A stretch of DNA of 64,000 nt, from NCBI GenBank assembly GCA_963828345.1, contig CAWHEZ010000043.1:7918-71917 (forward strand), read 5' to 3'. The stretch comes from an uncultured delta proteobacterium. GTDB lineage: Bacteria; Desulfobacterota; Desulfobacteria; Desulfobacterales; SpSt-501. The notes beneath the pieces are model-generated. The model saw only the letters and a program-made list of their open reading frames with translations. It had not been told where the DNA came from and did not search any database. Each line of letters starts with the position of its first letter. The stretch's first letter is position 1. Below, one piece after another: positions 45,799 to 55,637 of this stretch. The position numbers and the translations under genes were made by a program.

Positions 45799-46991
45799 TG
45801 GCTGTCGTCTACCTGGACAACAACGCCACGACCAAGGTCGACCCGGAGGTGCTCCAGGCGATGCTGCCGTATTTTTCGGACTACTACGGCAACCCCTCGA
45901 GCATGCACGCCTTCGGCGGCGGGGTGGCCGGCGTGATCCGCGAAGCGCGCGCGCGCCTGGCGCAGCTGCTCGGAGCCCGGCCCGAGGAGGTCGTCTTCAC
46001 CAGCTGCGGCACCGAGAGCGACAGCACGGCCATTCGCGCCGCGATCGAGTCCTACCCGGCCAAGCGGCACCTGCTCACCTCGCGGGTCGAACACCCGGCC
46101 ATCAAGAACCTCTTCGAAACCCTCGCGAAAAAGGGGTACCGGGTGACGTTCGTGCCCGTCGACGGGAAGGGGCGCCTCGATCTGGACTACTTCTACGACC
46201 ACCTCTCGGACGACACCGCGATCGTGAGCCTCATGTGGGCCAACAACGAGACGGGGGTGCTGTTCCCGGTCGAGGAGATCTCGCGCCAGGTCAAGGAGCG
46301 CGGCATCGTCTTTCACACGGACGCCGTGCAGGCCGTCGGAAAAGTGCCCATCAACCTGGCGGACACCGGGATCGACATGCTCTCGCTCTCGGGCCACAAG
46401 CTGCATGGCCCCAAGGGCATCGGGGCGCTCTACATCCGCAAGGGCACCAAGTTCGCGCCCTTCATGATCGGCGGGCACCAGGAGCAGGGCCGCCGCGGCG
46501 GGACCGAGAACACGGCGGCCATCGTCGGCCTCGGCCAGGCGGCGGAGATCGCCCGGCGCCACCTCGAGAACGGCAGTTATCGCTGCGTGAGCGAGCTGCG
46601 CGACCGCCTCGAGCGGGGCCTGCTTGCGGGGATCCCCAACACCATGGTGAACGGCGACCCGGCCAACCGTCTGCCCAACACCACCAGCATCGCCTTCGAG
46701 TACGTCGAGGGGGAGGCGATCCTCCTGATGCTCAACGAGCACGGGGTCTGCGCCTCCTCGGGTTCGGCCTGCACGTCCGGCTCGCTCGAGCCCTCCCACG
46801 TGCTGCGCGCGATGGGGGTCCCGTTCACCGCGGCGCACGGCTCGATCCGCTTCAGCCTGAGCCGCTACACGACCGGCGGGGAAATCGACCTCGTGCTGGA
46901 GAAGCTGCCGCCGATCATCGCGCGGCTGCGCGAGCTCTCGCCCTTCTGGAAGAAGGAAGGAATGCCGGAGGGGGCCCCGGCCAAGGCGTAA
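45798..46991 (+). CDS. nifS: Cysteine desulfurase NifS
   Basis: MAVVYLDNNATT.., the PLP-Lys region SLSGHKLHGPKG, and the active-site loop SSGSACTSG. The ATG overlaps the nifU stop (TGATG). Confidence 0.95.
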   Translation: MAVVYLDNNATTKVDPEVLQAMLPYFSDYYGNPSSMHAFGGGVAGVIREARARLAQLLGARPEEVVFTSCGTESDSTAIRAAIESYPAKRHLLTSRVEHPAIKNLFETLAKKGYRVTFVPVDGKGRLDLDYFYDHLSDDTAIVSLMWANNETGVLFPVEEISRQVKERGIVFHTDAVQAVGKVPINLADTGIDMLSLSGHKLHGPKGIGALYIRKGTKFAPFMIGGHQEQGRRGGTENTAAIVGLGQAAEIARRHLENGSYRCVSELRDRLERGLLAGIPNTMVNGDPANRLPNTTSIAFEYVEGEAILLMLNEHGVCASSGSACTSGSLEPSHVLRAMGVPFTAAHGSIRFSLSRYTTGGEIDLVLEKLPPIIARLRELSPFWKKEGMPEGAPAKA

Positions 46992-47016
46992 GCAGCACGC
47001 CCCTGAAACGCAAAAC

Positions 47017-47043
47017 GGGGGATGCGGTCTGTACCGCACCCCC
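47017..47043 (+). terminator. Hairpin after nifS (terminator candidate, no U-tract)
   Basis: GGGGG-a-TGCGGT / ACCGCA-CCCCC, 11 bp with one bulge, loop CTGT, 26 nt after the stop. Confidence 0.4.
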
Positions 47044-47067
47044 CGCCCACTCCCAAGACGTCCTCGT

Positions 47068-47105
47068 CCAACCGTTGAACCGTGAACCCCTGAACCGTTG
47101 AACCT
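47068..47105. repeat. One-armed GAACC word array (GGTTCA family, C-strand) next to the hypB stop
   Basis: ccaaccgttgaaccgtgaacccctgaaccgttgaacc closely resembles the right arm at 31485-31519. It ends 7 nt from the hypB stop. Confidence 0.65.
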
Positions 47106-47111
47106 GTCCTC

Positions 47112-47786
47112 TCAGGCGTTCAGCTTGGCGGCGACGCGGGTTCGGAGCCAGTCGACCCAGGGGCCGAGGCCCTCGCCCGTCCGGGCGGAGATCTCGAAGA
47201 TCGGCATGTCGGGGTGCACCTGGTGGATGTAGTCGATCGCCTGGCCCTTGTCGTAGTCCAAATAGGGCAGCAGGTCGATCTTGTTCAAGAGCGCGGCGTC
47301 GCACAGGCGGAACATGGTCGGGTACTTGACCGGCTTGTCCTCGCCCTCGGTCACGCTCAGCACCACCACGCGCGCGTCCTCCCCGATGTCGAACTCCGCC
47401 GGGCACACCAGGTTGCCGACGTTCTCGACGATCAGCAGGTCGACCGCGTCGAGGTCGAGGTCGTCCGCGGCCTTCTCGATCACGTGCGCAGCCAGGTGGC
47501 AGTCGCCGCCGAAAGCGTCGGTGTTCACCTGCACCACCGGCGCGCCCGTGACCGCCAGGCGGTCGGCGTCGTGCGTCGTGGCGATGTCCCCCACGATGAC
47601 GGCCGTCCGCGTCCCCGGCATCAGGCGCTCGATCGTCTTTTGAAGGGTGGTCGTCTTGCCCGACCCGGGCGAGCTCATGACGTTGAGCACGAAAACGCGC
47701 CGTTCGGCGAACCGGCGCCGATTCTGCTCGGCCATGCGCTCGTTCACCGCAAGCACGCGGCGGACCACCTTGATTTCCCGAGTCAT
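47112..47786 (-). CDS. hypB: Hydrogenase nickel incorporation GTPase HypB
   Basis: G1 SSPGSGKTT, the CH motif region GDCHLAAH, ENVGNLVCP and NKIDL. The ATG at 47786 overlaps the hypA stop. Confidence 0.9.
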   Translation of the reverse strand: MTREIKVVRRVLAVNERMAEQNRRRFAERRVFVLNVMSSPGSGKTTTLQKTIERLMPGTRTAVIVGDIATTHDADRLAVTGAPVVQVNTDAFGGDCHLAAHVIEKAADDLDLDAVDLLIVENVGNLVCPAEFDIGEDARVVVLSVTEGEDKPVKYPTMFRLCDAALLNKIDLLPYLDYDKGQAIDYIHQVHPDMPIFEISARTGEGLGPWVDWLRTRVAAKLNA

Positions 47787-48139
47787 GTCTCCCCTTCCGC
47801 AACCTCGATGGACACGATGTCCAGTTCCCGACCGGACAGGATTTCCAGCCGGCCACCCCCGCAGGACGTGCAGGTGAACACGGGCTCGTCGATGGTCCAG
47901 CGGGTGTCGCAATCCTTGCACCGCGCCAGGATGGGGGTCTCCTCGATCGCGAGCTCCGCCCCGGCCAGCGGCGTGTCCTGAGCGACGATCTCGAAGCAGA
48001 ACCGCAGGCTCTCGGGCACCACGGCCGAGAGCTTGCCGATCTTCAGGTTGACCCGCTCCACCCGGGCGCCGGGCATCTCGGCCGGGATGGAGGCCGCGGC
48101 GATGTCGATGATCTGCTGGGCGATGCCCATTTCGTGCAT
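47783..48139 (-). CDS. hypA: Hydrogenase nickel insertion protein HypA
   Basis: Starts MHEMGIAQQIIDIA (MHE nickel-binding N-terminus) and has a zinc site CKDC...CTSCG. ATG at 48139; the ORF start at 48244 runs through the repeat. Confidence 0.9.
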   Translation of the reverse strand: MHEMGIAQQIIDIAAASIPAEMPGARVERVNLKIGKLSAVVPESLRFCFEIVAQDTPLAGAELAIEETPILARCKDCDTRWTIDEPVFTCTSCGGGRLEILSGRELDIVSIEVAEGET

Positions 48140-48148
48140 AGCGGAACT

Positions 48149-48260
48149 GGTTGTGTTAGGTGTTTGGTGTTTCGTGTTTGGTATGAGTGTGTGGCGCTGG
48201 ACTGTGTTCGAGAGGTCCTGTTGCAGGTCCCAAACACTAAACACCAGACACTAAACACCA
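48149..48260. repeat. Word-hairpin, GGTGTTTGG/CCAAACACC family, between sucD and hypA
   Basis: The left arm is ggttgtgttaggtgtttggtgtttcgtgtttggta (48149-48183). The right arm is cccaaacactaaacaccagacactaaacacca (48229-48260) and ends 2 nt from the sucD stop. The left arm ends 9 nt from the hypA ATG. Confidence 0.8.
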
Positions 48261-48262
48261 TT

Positions 48263-49135
48263 CTATTTGAACACTTTTTTACAAATCTCCCCGAGCGCCC
48301 CCAGATTCTCGCACACGTGGATGCCGGCGGCCTTCATGGCCGCGATCTTGGCCTCGGCCGTTCCCGACCCGCCGCTGATGATCGCGCCGGCATGTCCCAT
48401 GCGCCGGCCCGGGGGGGCCGTCAACCCGGCGATGAACCCGACCACGGGCTTGGTCATCTTCCCCCGGATGAACTCCGCCGCGGTTTCCTCCGCGTTGCCG
48501 CCGATCTCGCCCACCATGACGACCCCGCGGGTCGCCGGGTCCTTCTCGAAGGCCTCCAGGCAGTCCACGAAGTTGGTGCCGTTCACCGGGTCGCCGCCGA
48601 TCCCGATGCACGTGGTCTGCCCGATGCCCTGGCGCGTCAACTGGTGGACCACCTCGTAGGTCAGGGTCCCCGAGCGCGACACGACGCCGATGGGCCCGCC
48701 CGGCGTGTGGATGGGGGCGGGCATGATGCCGATCTTGGCCTCGCCGGGGGTGATGATGCCCGGGCAGTTGGGGCCGATCAGGCGCACCGGCTTGTTCTCG
48801 ATGTAGTTCTTGACCTTCATCATGTCCAGGACGGGGATGCCCTCGGTGATCGCCACGATCAGGCGCACGCCCGCGTCGGCCGCCTCCATGATCGCGTCCG
48901 CGGCAAAGGGCGGCGGGACGAAGATCAGGCTGCAGTCGGCGCCCCGCTGCCGCACGGCGTCGGCCACCGTGTTGAAGACGGGGATGCCGTCCATGTCCTG
49001 GCCCGCCTTGCCCGGGGTGACCCCGGCGACCACCTGCGTGCCGTAGGCGACGCAGGCCCGGGTGTGAAACTGCCCCTCCTTGCCCGTGATCCCCTGCACC
49101 ACTACCCGCGTGTTCTTGTCGACGAAGATAGCCAC
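48263..49135 (-). CDS. sucD: Succinyl-CoA synthetase (ADP-forming) alpha subunit
   Basis: [13 protein letters not shown], the phospho-His region MGHAGAII, and SRSGTLTYE. 290 aa. Confidence 0.95.
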   Translation of the reverse strand: MAIFVDKNTRVVVQGITGKEGQFHTRACVAYGTQVVAGVTPGKAGQDMDGIPVFNTVADAVRQRGADCSLIFVPPPFAADAIMEAADAGVRLIVAITEGIPVLDMMKVKNYIENKPVRLIGPNCPGIITPGEAKIGIMPAPIHTPGGPIGVVSRSGTLTYEVVHQLTRQGIGQTTCIGIGGDPVNGTNFVDCLEAFEKDPATRGVVMVGEIGGNAEETAAEFIRGKMTKPVVGFIAGLTAPPGRRMGHAGAIISGGSGTAEAKIAAMKAAGIHVCENLGALGEICKKVFK

Positions 49136-49186
49136 GTTTCTCTCCTCTGGGGGGTCCGCCCGATGTCCGGAGTCAGGAGCCCGCGG

Positions 49187-50347
49187 TCAGCGTGCGATCG
49201 CCGCCACCTTTTGCGCTGCGTCCTTGAGGTCGGCGGCCGTGATCAGATTGAGACCGGACTCGGCCAGGATGCGCCGCCCCTCCTCGACGTTGGTGCCTTC
49301 CATCCGCACCACCACCGGGACCTTGATCCCGGTCTTGGTGGCGGCCTCGACCACCCCCTTGGCCAGGATGTCGCAGCGCAGGATTCCGCCGAAGATGTTG
49401 ATCAGGATTCCCTTGACGTTCGGGTCGCTCAGGATGATGCGGAACCCGTTTTCGACCATCTCGGCGTTCGCGCCGCCGCCGACGTCGAGAAAGTTCGCCG
49501 GCTGCGCCCCCGCCAGCTTGATGATGTCCATGGTGGCCATGGCGAGCCCGGCCCCGTTGACCATGTTGCCGACGTTGCCTTCGAGGTTGATGTAGTTCAG
49601 GTTGAACTTGGAGGCTTCGACTTCCAGCGGGTTCTCTTCGTCCAGGTCGCGGTAGTCGAGGATGTCCTTGTGGCGGAAGAGGGCGTTGTCGTCAAAGTTG
49701 ACCTTGGCGTCCAACGCGATCACCGCATCCTGGCCGGTGATGACCAGGGGGTTGATCTCGAGCAGCGCGCAGTCGCGCTCCACGAACATGCGGTAGAGGT
49801 TCTGGAGCATGGGGGTGAAGCTCTTGGCTGCCGCCGGAGACAGGTTGAGGCCGAAGGCCACCTGCCGGACGTGGTAGCCTTGAAGGCCGAGCAGGGGGTT
49901 GACGAAGACCTTGATGATCTTCTCCGGGGTCTTGGCCGCCACCTCCTCGATGTCCATGCCGCCGGCCTCGCTCGCCATGATCACGACCTTGGCCGAGGCG
50001 CGGTCCGGGACGATGCTCAGGTAGAGCTCCTTGCGGATGTCGAGCCCCTGTTCGACCAGGACCTTGCGCACCACTCGCCCCTCGGGGCCGGTCTGGTGGG
50101 TCACCAGCGTCATGCCGAGAATCTGGCCGGCCACCGTTTTCACCTCCGCGGCGGAACGGGCCAGTTTGACCCCGCCCCCCTTGCCGCGGCCCCCGGCGTG
50201 GATCTGGGCCTTGACCACGACCGGCCATCCGCCCAGCCCGGCCGCGACCTGCTCGGCCTCCGCCACGCTGAAAGCGACCCCGCCGGCCGGGATCGGGATG
50301 CGGTATGCCTTGAACAGCTCCTTCGCCTGGTACTCGTGGATTTTCAT
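49187..50347 (-). CDS. sucC: Succinyl-CoA synthetase beta subunit
   Basis: Starts [12 protein letters not shown] at the ATG at 50347. ATP-grasp and ligase-CoA domains are present ([19 protein letters not shown]). Confidence 0.95.
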   Translation of the reverse strand: MKIHEYQAKELFKAYRIPIPAGGVAFSVAEAEQVAAGLGGWPVVVKAQIHAGGRGKGGGVKLARSAAEVKTVAGQILGMTLVTHQTGPEGRVVRKVLVEQGLDIRKELYLSIVPDRASAKVVIMASEAGGMDIEEVAAKTPEKIIKVFVNPLLGLQGYHVRQVAFGLNLSPAAAKSFTPMLQNLYRMFVERDCALLEINPLVITGQDAVIALDAKVNFDDNALFRHKDILDYRDLDEENPLEVEASKFNLNYINLEGNVGNMVNGAGLAMATMDIIKLAGAQPANFLDVGGGANAEMVENGFRIILSDPNVKGILINIFGGILRCDILAKGVVEAATKTGIKVPVVVRMEGTNVEEGRRILAESGLNLITAADLKDAAQKVAAIAR

Positions 50348-50378
50348 GAGCCCCCCGGAGTCGCTTTGTCGTTGCATC

Positions 50379-50410
50379 GGTCCTATCGGTCCGATCGGAC
50401 CGATAGGACC
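50379..50410. repeat. Perfect 32-nt palindrome, GATCGGACC family, inside the operon
   Basis: GGTCCTATCGGTCCGATCGGACCGATAGGACC equals its own reverse complement. It lies between the 5S-subunit stop (50424) and the sucC start (50347). Confidence 0.8.
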
Positions 50411-50423
50411 TATCTTCCTTCTC

Positions 50424-52427
50424 TTACCCCACCACGGCCAGCACGTCGCCCTTCTTCACCGAGTCGCCGCTGCTGAAGTTGAGGGCCTTGACCGTGCCGC
50501 CCGCCGGTGCGGGCAGGGCGTTCTCCATCTTCATGGCCTCGAGCACGACGATGGTTTCGCCCTCCTTCACCTTGTCGCCCACGGCCTTGACGTACTTCAC
50601 GATCATGCCGGGCATGGGGGCGGTCATGGGCGTGCCCTTGACGTCGCCGGCCGGGGCCGCCTGGGGGGCCTCGGCCTTCGGGGCTTCGGCTGCCGGGGCG
50701 GGTGCAGCCGGCGCCGGGGCCGCGACGGGTGCCGGGGCCGGAGCGGCCACGGTCGCCGCGGGGGGCGCGTACGTCACGACCGGCGGCCCGCCGAGGCCGT
50801 CGACGCCGACCTCGAAGTATTCCCCGTCCACGAACACGTTGAACTTGCGCAGGTTCCCGCTCGGGGCCGGGGCCTTCTTCTGCGGCTTTTCGACCAGCTG
50901 CCCGGCCTTGGCCTTGCGCACCAGTTCGTCCTCCCTGCGGACCTCGTCCATCGTGCGCGCCTTGACCTCGGGCGGCGGGACGTCCTTGCCGTACTTCCAC
51001 TTGAGGAACTTCAGGCCGGTCACCGGGTAGAGCGCGTAGATCAGGACGTCGTCGATGTCCTTGGCCAGGCCCTTGACGGCCTCCTTGGCCTTCTCCAACT
51101 CGGGCTCGAGCACCGAGGCGGCGCGGGCGGTGATGGCCTTTTCGCCGCGCGCGTAGCCCTTGAGGGCCTTCTTCTGCACGTCCGGGTTGATGGGCACCGC
51201 CGTCTTGCCGTAGAGGCCGTAGCAGAGGTCTTTGACCTGCTCGGTGATCCGCTTGTAGCGCTCGTCCTTGGTGTCGGAGAGCACGTTCATGACGGTCTGC
51301 ACGCCCACGATCTGGCTGGTCGGGGTCACGAGCGGGATCTGGCCGAGGTCCTTGCGCACCCGCGGCAGCTCCGCGAACACGTCGTCGATCCGGTCGACCG
51401 CGTCCATCTCCTTCAGCTGGTTGACCAGGTTGGAGAGCATGCCGCCCGGGGTCTGGTGCAGCAGGACGTTGATGTCGATGATCGACATCTTGGTGTCGTC
51501 CAGCAGGTGCTTGTACTTGGGCATGACCTCCTTCTCGAGCACGTCGTTGATCTTGGCGAGCATCTTGATGTCGAAGCCGGTGTCGCGGTTGGTGCCGAGC
51601 AGCGTCATCACCAGGGGCTCGATCGCCGCGTGGGCCGTGCGGTAGGCGTAGGGCGCCATGACCGTGTCGATGATGTCGACCCCGGCCTCGACCGCCTTGA
51701 GCATCGACAGCGCCGACATGCCCGAGGTGAAGTGGCTGTGCAGGTGAATCGGGGGCTTGACCGCCTTCTTCAGGGCGGAGATCAGCGTGAAGGCGTCGTA
51801 GGGGGCGATGAGGCCGGCCATGTCCTTGATGCAGATCGTGTCCGCACCCATGGCCTCGAGCTCCTTGGCCTTCTTCACGTAGTAGTCGATGTTGTAGACC
51901 TCGCCCCCCAGGCGCGGCTCGGTCAGGGTGTAGCAGATGCAGCCCTGGAAGTGCTTGCCGGCGGCCTTGATGGCCGGGACGACGATTTCGAAGTTGCGGT
52001 AGTCGTTCAGGGCGTCGAAGGTCCGGAAGATGTCCATGCCGTTGGCGGCCGCCCGCTCGACGAACACCTTGGCGACGTCGTCGGCGTAGTTGCGGTAGCC
52101 CACCAGGTTCTGGCCGCGCAGCAGCATCGAGAACGGGGTCTTCTTGATGTACTTCTTGAGGATGCGGATGCGGTCCCAGGGGTCCTCGTTGAGGAAGCGG
52201 TGCATCGTGTCGAAGGTCGCCCCGCCCCAGACTTCCATGGCCCAGAAGCCGACCTGGTCCATCATCTCGGCCACCGGGAGCATGTCTTCGGTCCGGCCGC
52301 GGGTCGCGAACAGGGACTGGTGGCCGTCGCGCAGCGAGAGGTCCTCGATCTTGACCGGGTTCTCCGCCTTGGGCCGCTTGGGGTCGTAGTTCATCTGGGT
52401 CATCTTGACGGCAATCTCATTGGTCAT
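50424..52427 (-). CDS. Carboxyltransferase 5S subunit fused to a biotin carboxyl carrier domain (transcarboxylase 5S / oxaloacetate decarboxylase alpha / PycB-like)
   Basis: An HMGL-like TIM-barrel N-terminus ([17 protein letters not shown]..), the conserved carboxylase domain, an Ala/Pro-rich linker, and a C-terminal biotinyl motif (LEAMKMEN). Confidence 0.9.
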   Translation of the reverse strand: MTNEIAVKMTQMNYDPKRPKAENPVKIEDLSLRDGHQSLFATRGRTEDMLPVAEMMDQVGFWAMEVWGGATFDTMHRFLNEDPWDRIRILKKYIKKTPFSMLLRGQNLVGYRNYADDVAKVFVERAAANGMDIFRTFDALNDYRNFEIVVPAIKAAGKHFQGCICYTLTEPRLGGEVYNIDYYVKKAKELEAMGADTICIKDMAGLIAPYDAFTLISALKKAVKPPIHLHSHFTSGMSALSMLKAVEAGVDIIDTVMAPYAYRTAHAAIEPLVMTLLGTNRDTGFDIKMLAKINDVLEKEVMPKYKHLLDDTKMSIIDINVLLHQTPGGMLSNLVNQLKEMDAVDRIDDVFAELPRVRKDLGQIPLVTPTSQIVGVQTVMNVLSDTKDERYKRITEQVKDLCYGLYGKTAVPINPDVQKKALKGYARGEKAITARAASVLEPELEKAKEAVKGLAKDIDDVLIYALYPVTGLKFLKWKYGKDVPPPEVKARTMDEVRREDELVRKAKAGQLVEKPQKKAPAPSGNLRKFNVFVDGEYFEVGVDGLGGPPVVTYAPPAATVAAPAPAPVAAPAPAAPAPAAEAPKAEAPQAAPAGDVKGTPMTAPMPGMIVKYVKAVGDKVKEGETIVVLEAMKMENALPAPAGGTVKALNFSSGDSVKKGDVLAVVG

Positions 52428-52473
52428 CGCAGTGGTCTCCTTTTAAACTGATTTCGCGCTGAAGCGGTTGGTG

Positions 52474-52686
52474 TCATCCCATGCGGCCGAAGGCGCGCAG
52501 TTGCATGAGGTTGCGCAGCTGCATCTGGGTCTGGCGGCCGTTCAGGCCCCACAGGGCCGGCCCGGCCGGCAGCGCCGGCTGCGCGGAGGGCGCGGCCGCG
52601 GCGAGCGCCGCCATCTCTTCCTCCGTTTTCAGGTAGTGCATCACCGCGGCCAGGGCGGCGGCGATCTTCTTCTGAGTGTCGGTCAT
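52474..52686 (-). CDS. Small hypothetical protein in the transcarboxylase operon (possibly an epsilon-like accessory subunit)
   Basis: 70 aa, [33 protein letters not shown]..., with RBS GAGAGGAG upstream. Its size, Ala-rich helix and position after the 12S gene recall small acyl-CoA carboxylase accessory subunits. This is not verified. Confidence 0.5.
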   Translation of the reverse strand: MTDTQKKIAAALAAVMHYLKTEEEMAALAAAAPSAQPALPAGPALWGLNGRQTQMQLRNLMQLRAFGRMG

Positions 52687-52825
52687 ACGTCTCCTCTCAA
52701 TCCGTACGCCTTACATGTCTTGAGTTCGGCAGGAAACGCAGCCCCGTGGCGGCGGTCTGACTTCTGTTCCCGCCATATCTCCCCATATATTCCAATGAGG
52801 GCGGCGGGCGGCTTTCGCCCGCTCT

Positions 52826-54380
52826 CTACATGGGAATGTTGCCGTGCTTCTTGGGCGGCCGCAGCTCGCGCTTGCCGCTCATGGTCTCGAGGGCGTCGAT
52901 CAGCCGCGACCGGGTCTCGCTCGGCAGGATGACGGCGTCGATGTAGCCGCGGCTGGCCGCGACGTAGGGGTTGGAGAAGAGCTCCTCGTACTCCTGGATC
53001 TTCTCTTGCCGCTTGGCGGCGGGGTCGCCGGCCTCGGTGATCTCCTTGCGGTGGATGATGTTGGCCGCGCCCGCCGCGCCCATGACGGCGATCTCCGCCG
53101 TGGGCCAGGCGAATGCCATGTCCGCGCCCAGGTGGCGCGAGCACATGGCGATGTAGGCCCCGCCGTAGCTCCTTGCGGGTCACCAGGAGCAGCTTGGGCA
53201 CGGTCGCCTCGGAGTAGCACCACAGCAGCTTGGCGCCGTGCCGGATGATGCCGCCCCACTCCTGGTCGCTGCCCGGCAGGTAGCCCGGGACGTCGGCAAT
53301 GGTGAGCATCGGGATGTTGAAGGCGTCGCAGAAGCGGATGAAGCGCGTCGCCTTGTCGGAGGCGTTGATGTCCAGGCAGCCGGCCATGAACTTGGGCTGG
53401 TTGGCGATGATGCCGATCGCCCGGCCGTTCAGGCGCGCGAAGCACACGATCATGTTCGGGGCGAAGAACTGGTGGGGCTCGAAGAACTCGCCGCGGTCGA
53501 CGATCGCCCGGATCACGTCCCTCATGTCGTAGGCTTTGTTGGGGTTGTCCGGGATGATCGTGTCCAGCTCCGGCGCCGTGCGCCGCGGGTCGTCCCCGGC
53601 GGGGACGATCGGCGGGTCCTCCATGTTGTTGGCGGGCAGGTAGGCGAGCAGGCGCTTGATCTGCTCGATGCAGTCGGCATCGTTCTCGCAGGCGAAGTGC
53701 GCGACCCCGCTCTTCTCGCTGTGCGCCCGGGCGCCGCCCAGGTCCTCGAAGCTGATCTCCTCGCCGGTCACGGCCTTGATGACCTCCGGCCCGGTGATGA
53801 ACATGTAGCTCGTGTTCTTCACCATGAAGATGTAGTCGGTCATGGCCGGGGAGTACACCGCGCCGCCGGCGGTCGGCCCCATGATGGCCGAGATCTGCGG
53901 GATGACGCCCGAGGCCGCCGAGTTGCGGAAGAAGATCTGGCCGTAGCCCGAGAGCGCGTCCACCCCTTCCTGGATGCGGGCCCCGCCCGAGTCGTTCATG
54001 CCGACGAACGGCACCCCGGCCTTCATCGCGAGGTCCATGGCCTTGCAGATTTTATTGGCGTGCATCTCGCCCAGGCTGCCGGCGCGCGAGGTGAAGTCCT
54101 GGGAGAACGCGAACACCGGGCGGCCGTTGACCAGGCCGTGGCCGGTGATGACGCCGTCGGAGGGGATCTCCACCTTCTCCATGCCGAAGTTGCTGCAGCG
54201 GTGGCCGACGAACATGTCCAGCTCCCGGAAGGTGCCCGGGTCGAAGAGCAGGTTCAGGCGCTCGCGCGCCGTGAGCTTGCCCTTCTCCTTGTGCTGGGCC
54301 ACGGCCTTGTCCCCGCCCAGTTTCAGCAGCTTGGCCTCGCGGGCCTTCAGGTCCTTGATCTTGTCATCGGTGATGCCCAT
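52826..54380 (-). pseudogene. Methylmalonyl-CoA carboxyltransferase 12S / propionyl-CoA carboxylase beta-type subunit, reading frame broken near 53170-53174
   Basis: About 400 aa of a canonical carboxyl_trans sequence run up to ..LLLVTRK in the frame of ORF 52683..54380. The expected [31 protein letters not shown].. continues in the frame of ORF 52826..53146. A single extra base lies in cgcaagGagctac. Confidence 0.85.
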
Positions 54381-54541
54381 GGGTTACCGTTCCTTTCCTG
54401 GTATACGTGCACATTCCGTGTGGTCTCGCGTGGGAGCGGCGCGGGGTGCGCTGCGACGATGGCGGCGGCGTTCCGTGCCGCCCGGCGACCGCCGGCCGCA
54501 CCTTGCGCCGCCGCATATAAAGGTTTGGAATATCCCCGGTG

Positions 54542-55528
54542 TTACGTGCCGCTGTCAAGAGAAAAAAGAAGCCGGTCGGCCGCTGCGGTGGGAGCCAGGG
54601 ATCCCCGCTCCACCTCGTGCAGGATGCGGGGCAGCTGACGCCGGACGTCCGGCTGGCGGGCGAACCGGTCCTTGAGGCCCTCTTCGACCAGCGACCACAT
54701 CCAGGCGACGGCCTGCTGCCGCCGACGCTCCTCCAGCTCGCCGGAGGGGCCGAACACCGCACGGTGCCGCAGCACCGTGTCCCAGATCGCCTCGACGCCG
54801 TTCATCTCCAGCGCGCTGCAGGTCAAGACCGGCGGGGACCACTGCGGCGAGCTCGGCTGCAGCAGGTGCAAGGCGAGCTCGTAGACCTTGGCCGCGCGCT
54901 CGGCGCGCACGCGGTTGTCGCCGTCGGCCTTGTTGACGGCCAGCGCGTCGGCCAGCTCCAGGATCCCCTTCTTCAGCCCCTGCAGCTCGTCGCCGGCCCC
55001 GGCCAGGAGCAGCACCAGGAAGAAATCGACCATCGAGGCGACCGCGGTCTCGGACTGCCCCACCCCGACGGTCTCCACGATGACGACGTCGAACCCGGCG
55101 GCCTCGCACACCAGCATGGTTTCGCGGGTCTTGCGCGCGACCCCGCCCAGGGTGCCCCCGGAGGGAGAGGGGCGGATGAAGGCCTCGGGACGCTGCGACA
55201 GACGCTCCATGCGGGTCTTGTCGGCCATGACGCTGCCGCCGCTGCGGGCGCTGCTCGGGTCGACCGCGAGCACCGCCACCCGGTGCCCCTTGCCGACCAG
55301 CATCACGCCGAAGCTCTCGATGAAGGCGCTCTTGCCCACCCCGGGGACCCCGGTGATGCCGAGGCGCACGGCGTTGCCGGTCTTCGGCAGGAGCCGGCCC
55401 AGAATCTGGCGGGCGATCGCCTGGTGGGCCGGCAGCGCGCTCTCGATCAGCGTGATGGTCTTGGAGAGCATGCGCCGGTCGCCGGCGAGGACACCGGCGA
55501 CGTAGCTGTCGGGGGGTAGGAGTTTCAT
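54542..55528 (-). CDS. meaB: Methylmalonyl-CoA mutase-associated GTPase MeaB (ArgK-like)
   Basis: P-loop GVPGVGKS, VETVGVGQSE and NKAD. ATG at 55528 (MKLLPPDSY..). Confidence 0.9.
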   Translation of the reverse strand: MKLLPPDSYVAGVLAGDRRMLSKTITLIESALPAHQAIARQILGRLLPKTGNAVRLGITGVPGVGKSAFIESFGVMLVGKGHRVAVLAVDPSSARSGGSVMADKTRMERLSQRPEAFIRPSPSGGTLGGVARKTRETMLVCEAAGFDVVIVETVGVGQSETAVASMVDFFLVLLLAGAGDELQGLKKGILELADALAVNKADGDNRVRAERAAKVYELALHLLQPSSPQWSPPVLTCSALEMNGVEAIWDTVLRHRAVFGPSGELEERRRQQAVAWMWSLVEEGLKDRFARQPDVRRQLPRILHEVERGSLAPTAAADRLLFSLDSGT

Positions 55529-55540
55529 GAGGTGACGAAG

Positions 55541-55637
55541 CCAGGGGTCAAGGGGCCGAGGGGTCGAGGGGTCGGGTGAGCGGCGTGGCACGCGGTCACC
55601 TCCCCTTGAACCCTTGGCCCCTGGAATCCTTGACCCC
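55541..55637. repeat. Word-hairpin, GGGGTCRA / TYGACCCC family, between mcm and meaB
   Basis: The left arm is ccaggggtcaaggggccgaggggtcgaggggtcggg. The right arm is cctccccttgaacccttggcccctggaatccttgacccc and reaches the mcm stop codon. The left arm is four GGGG runs spaced by 4 nt. Confidence 0.8.

Noticed and set aside
54381-54541. Sigma-54 (-24/-12) promoter upstream of the 12S carboxyltransferase gene and in other spacers, given the two sigma-54 activators in the window.
   Set aside because: GGCACG-like strings (e.g. cGGCACGgaacGCCGC, minus strand) lack the TTGC -12 element at the correct spacing. I found no convincing TGGCAC-N5-TTGC anywhere in the intergenic regions I inspected.
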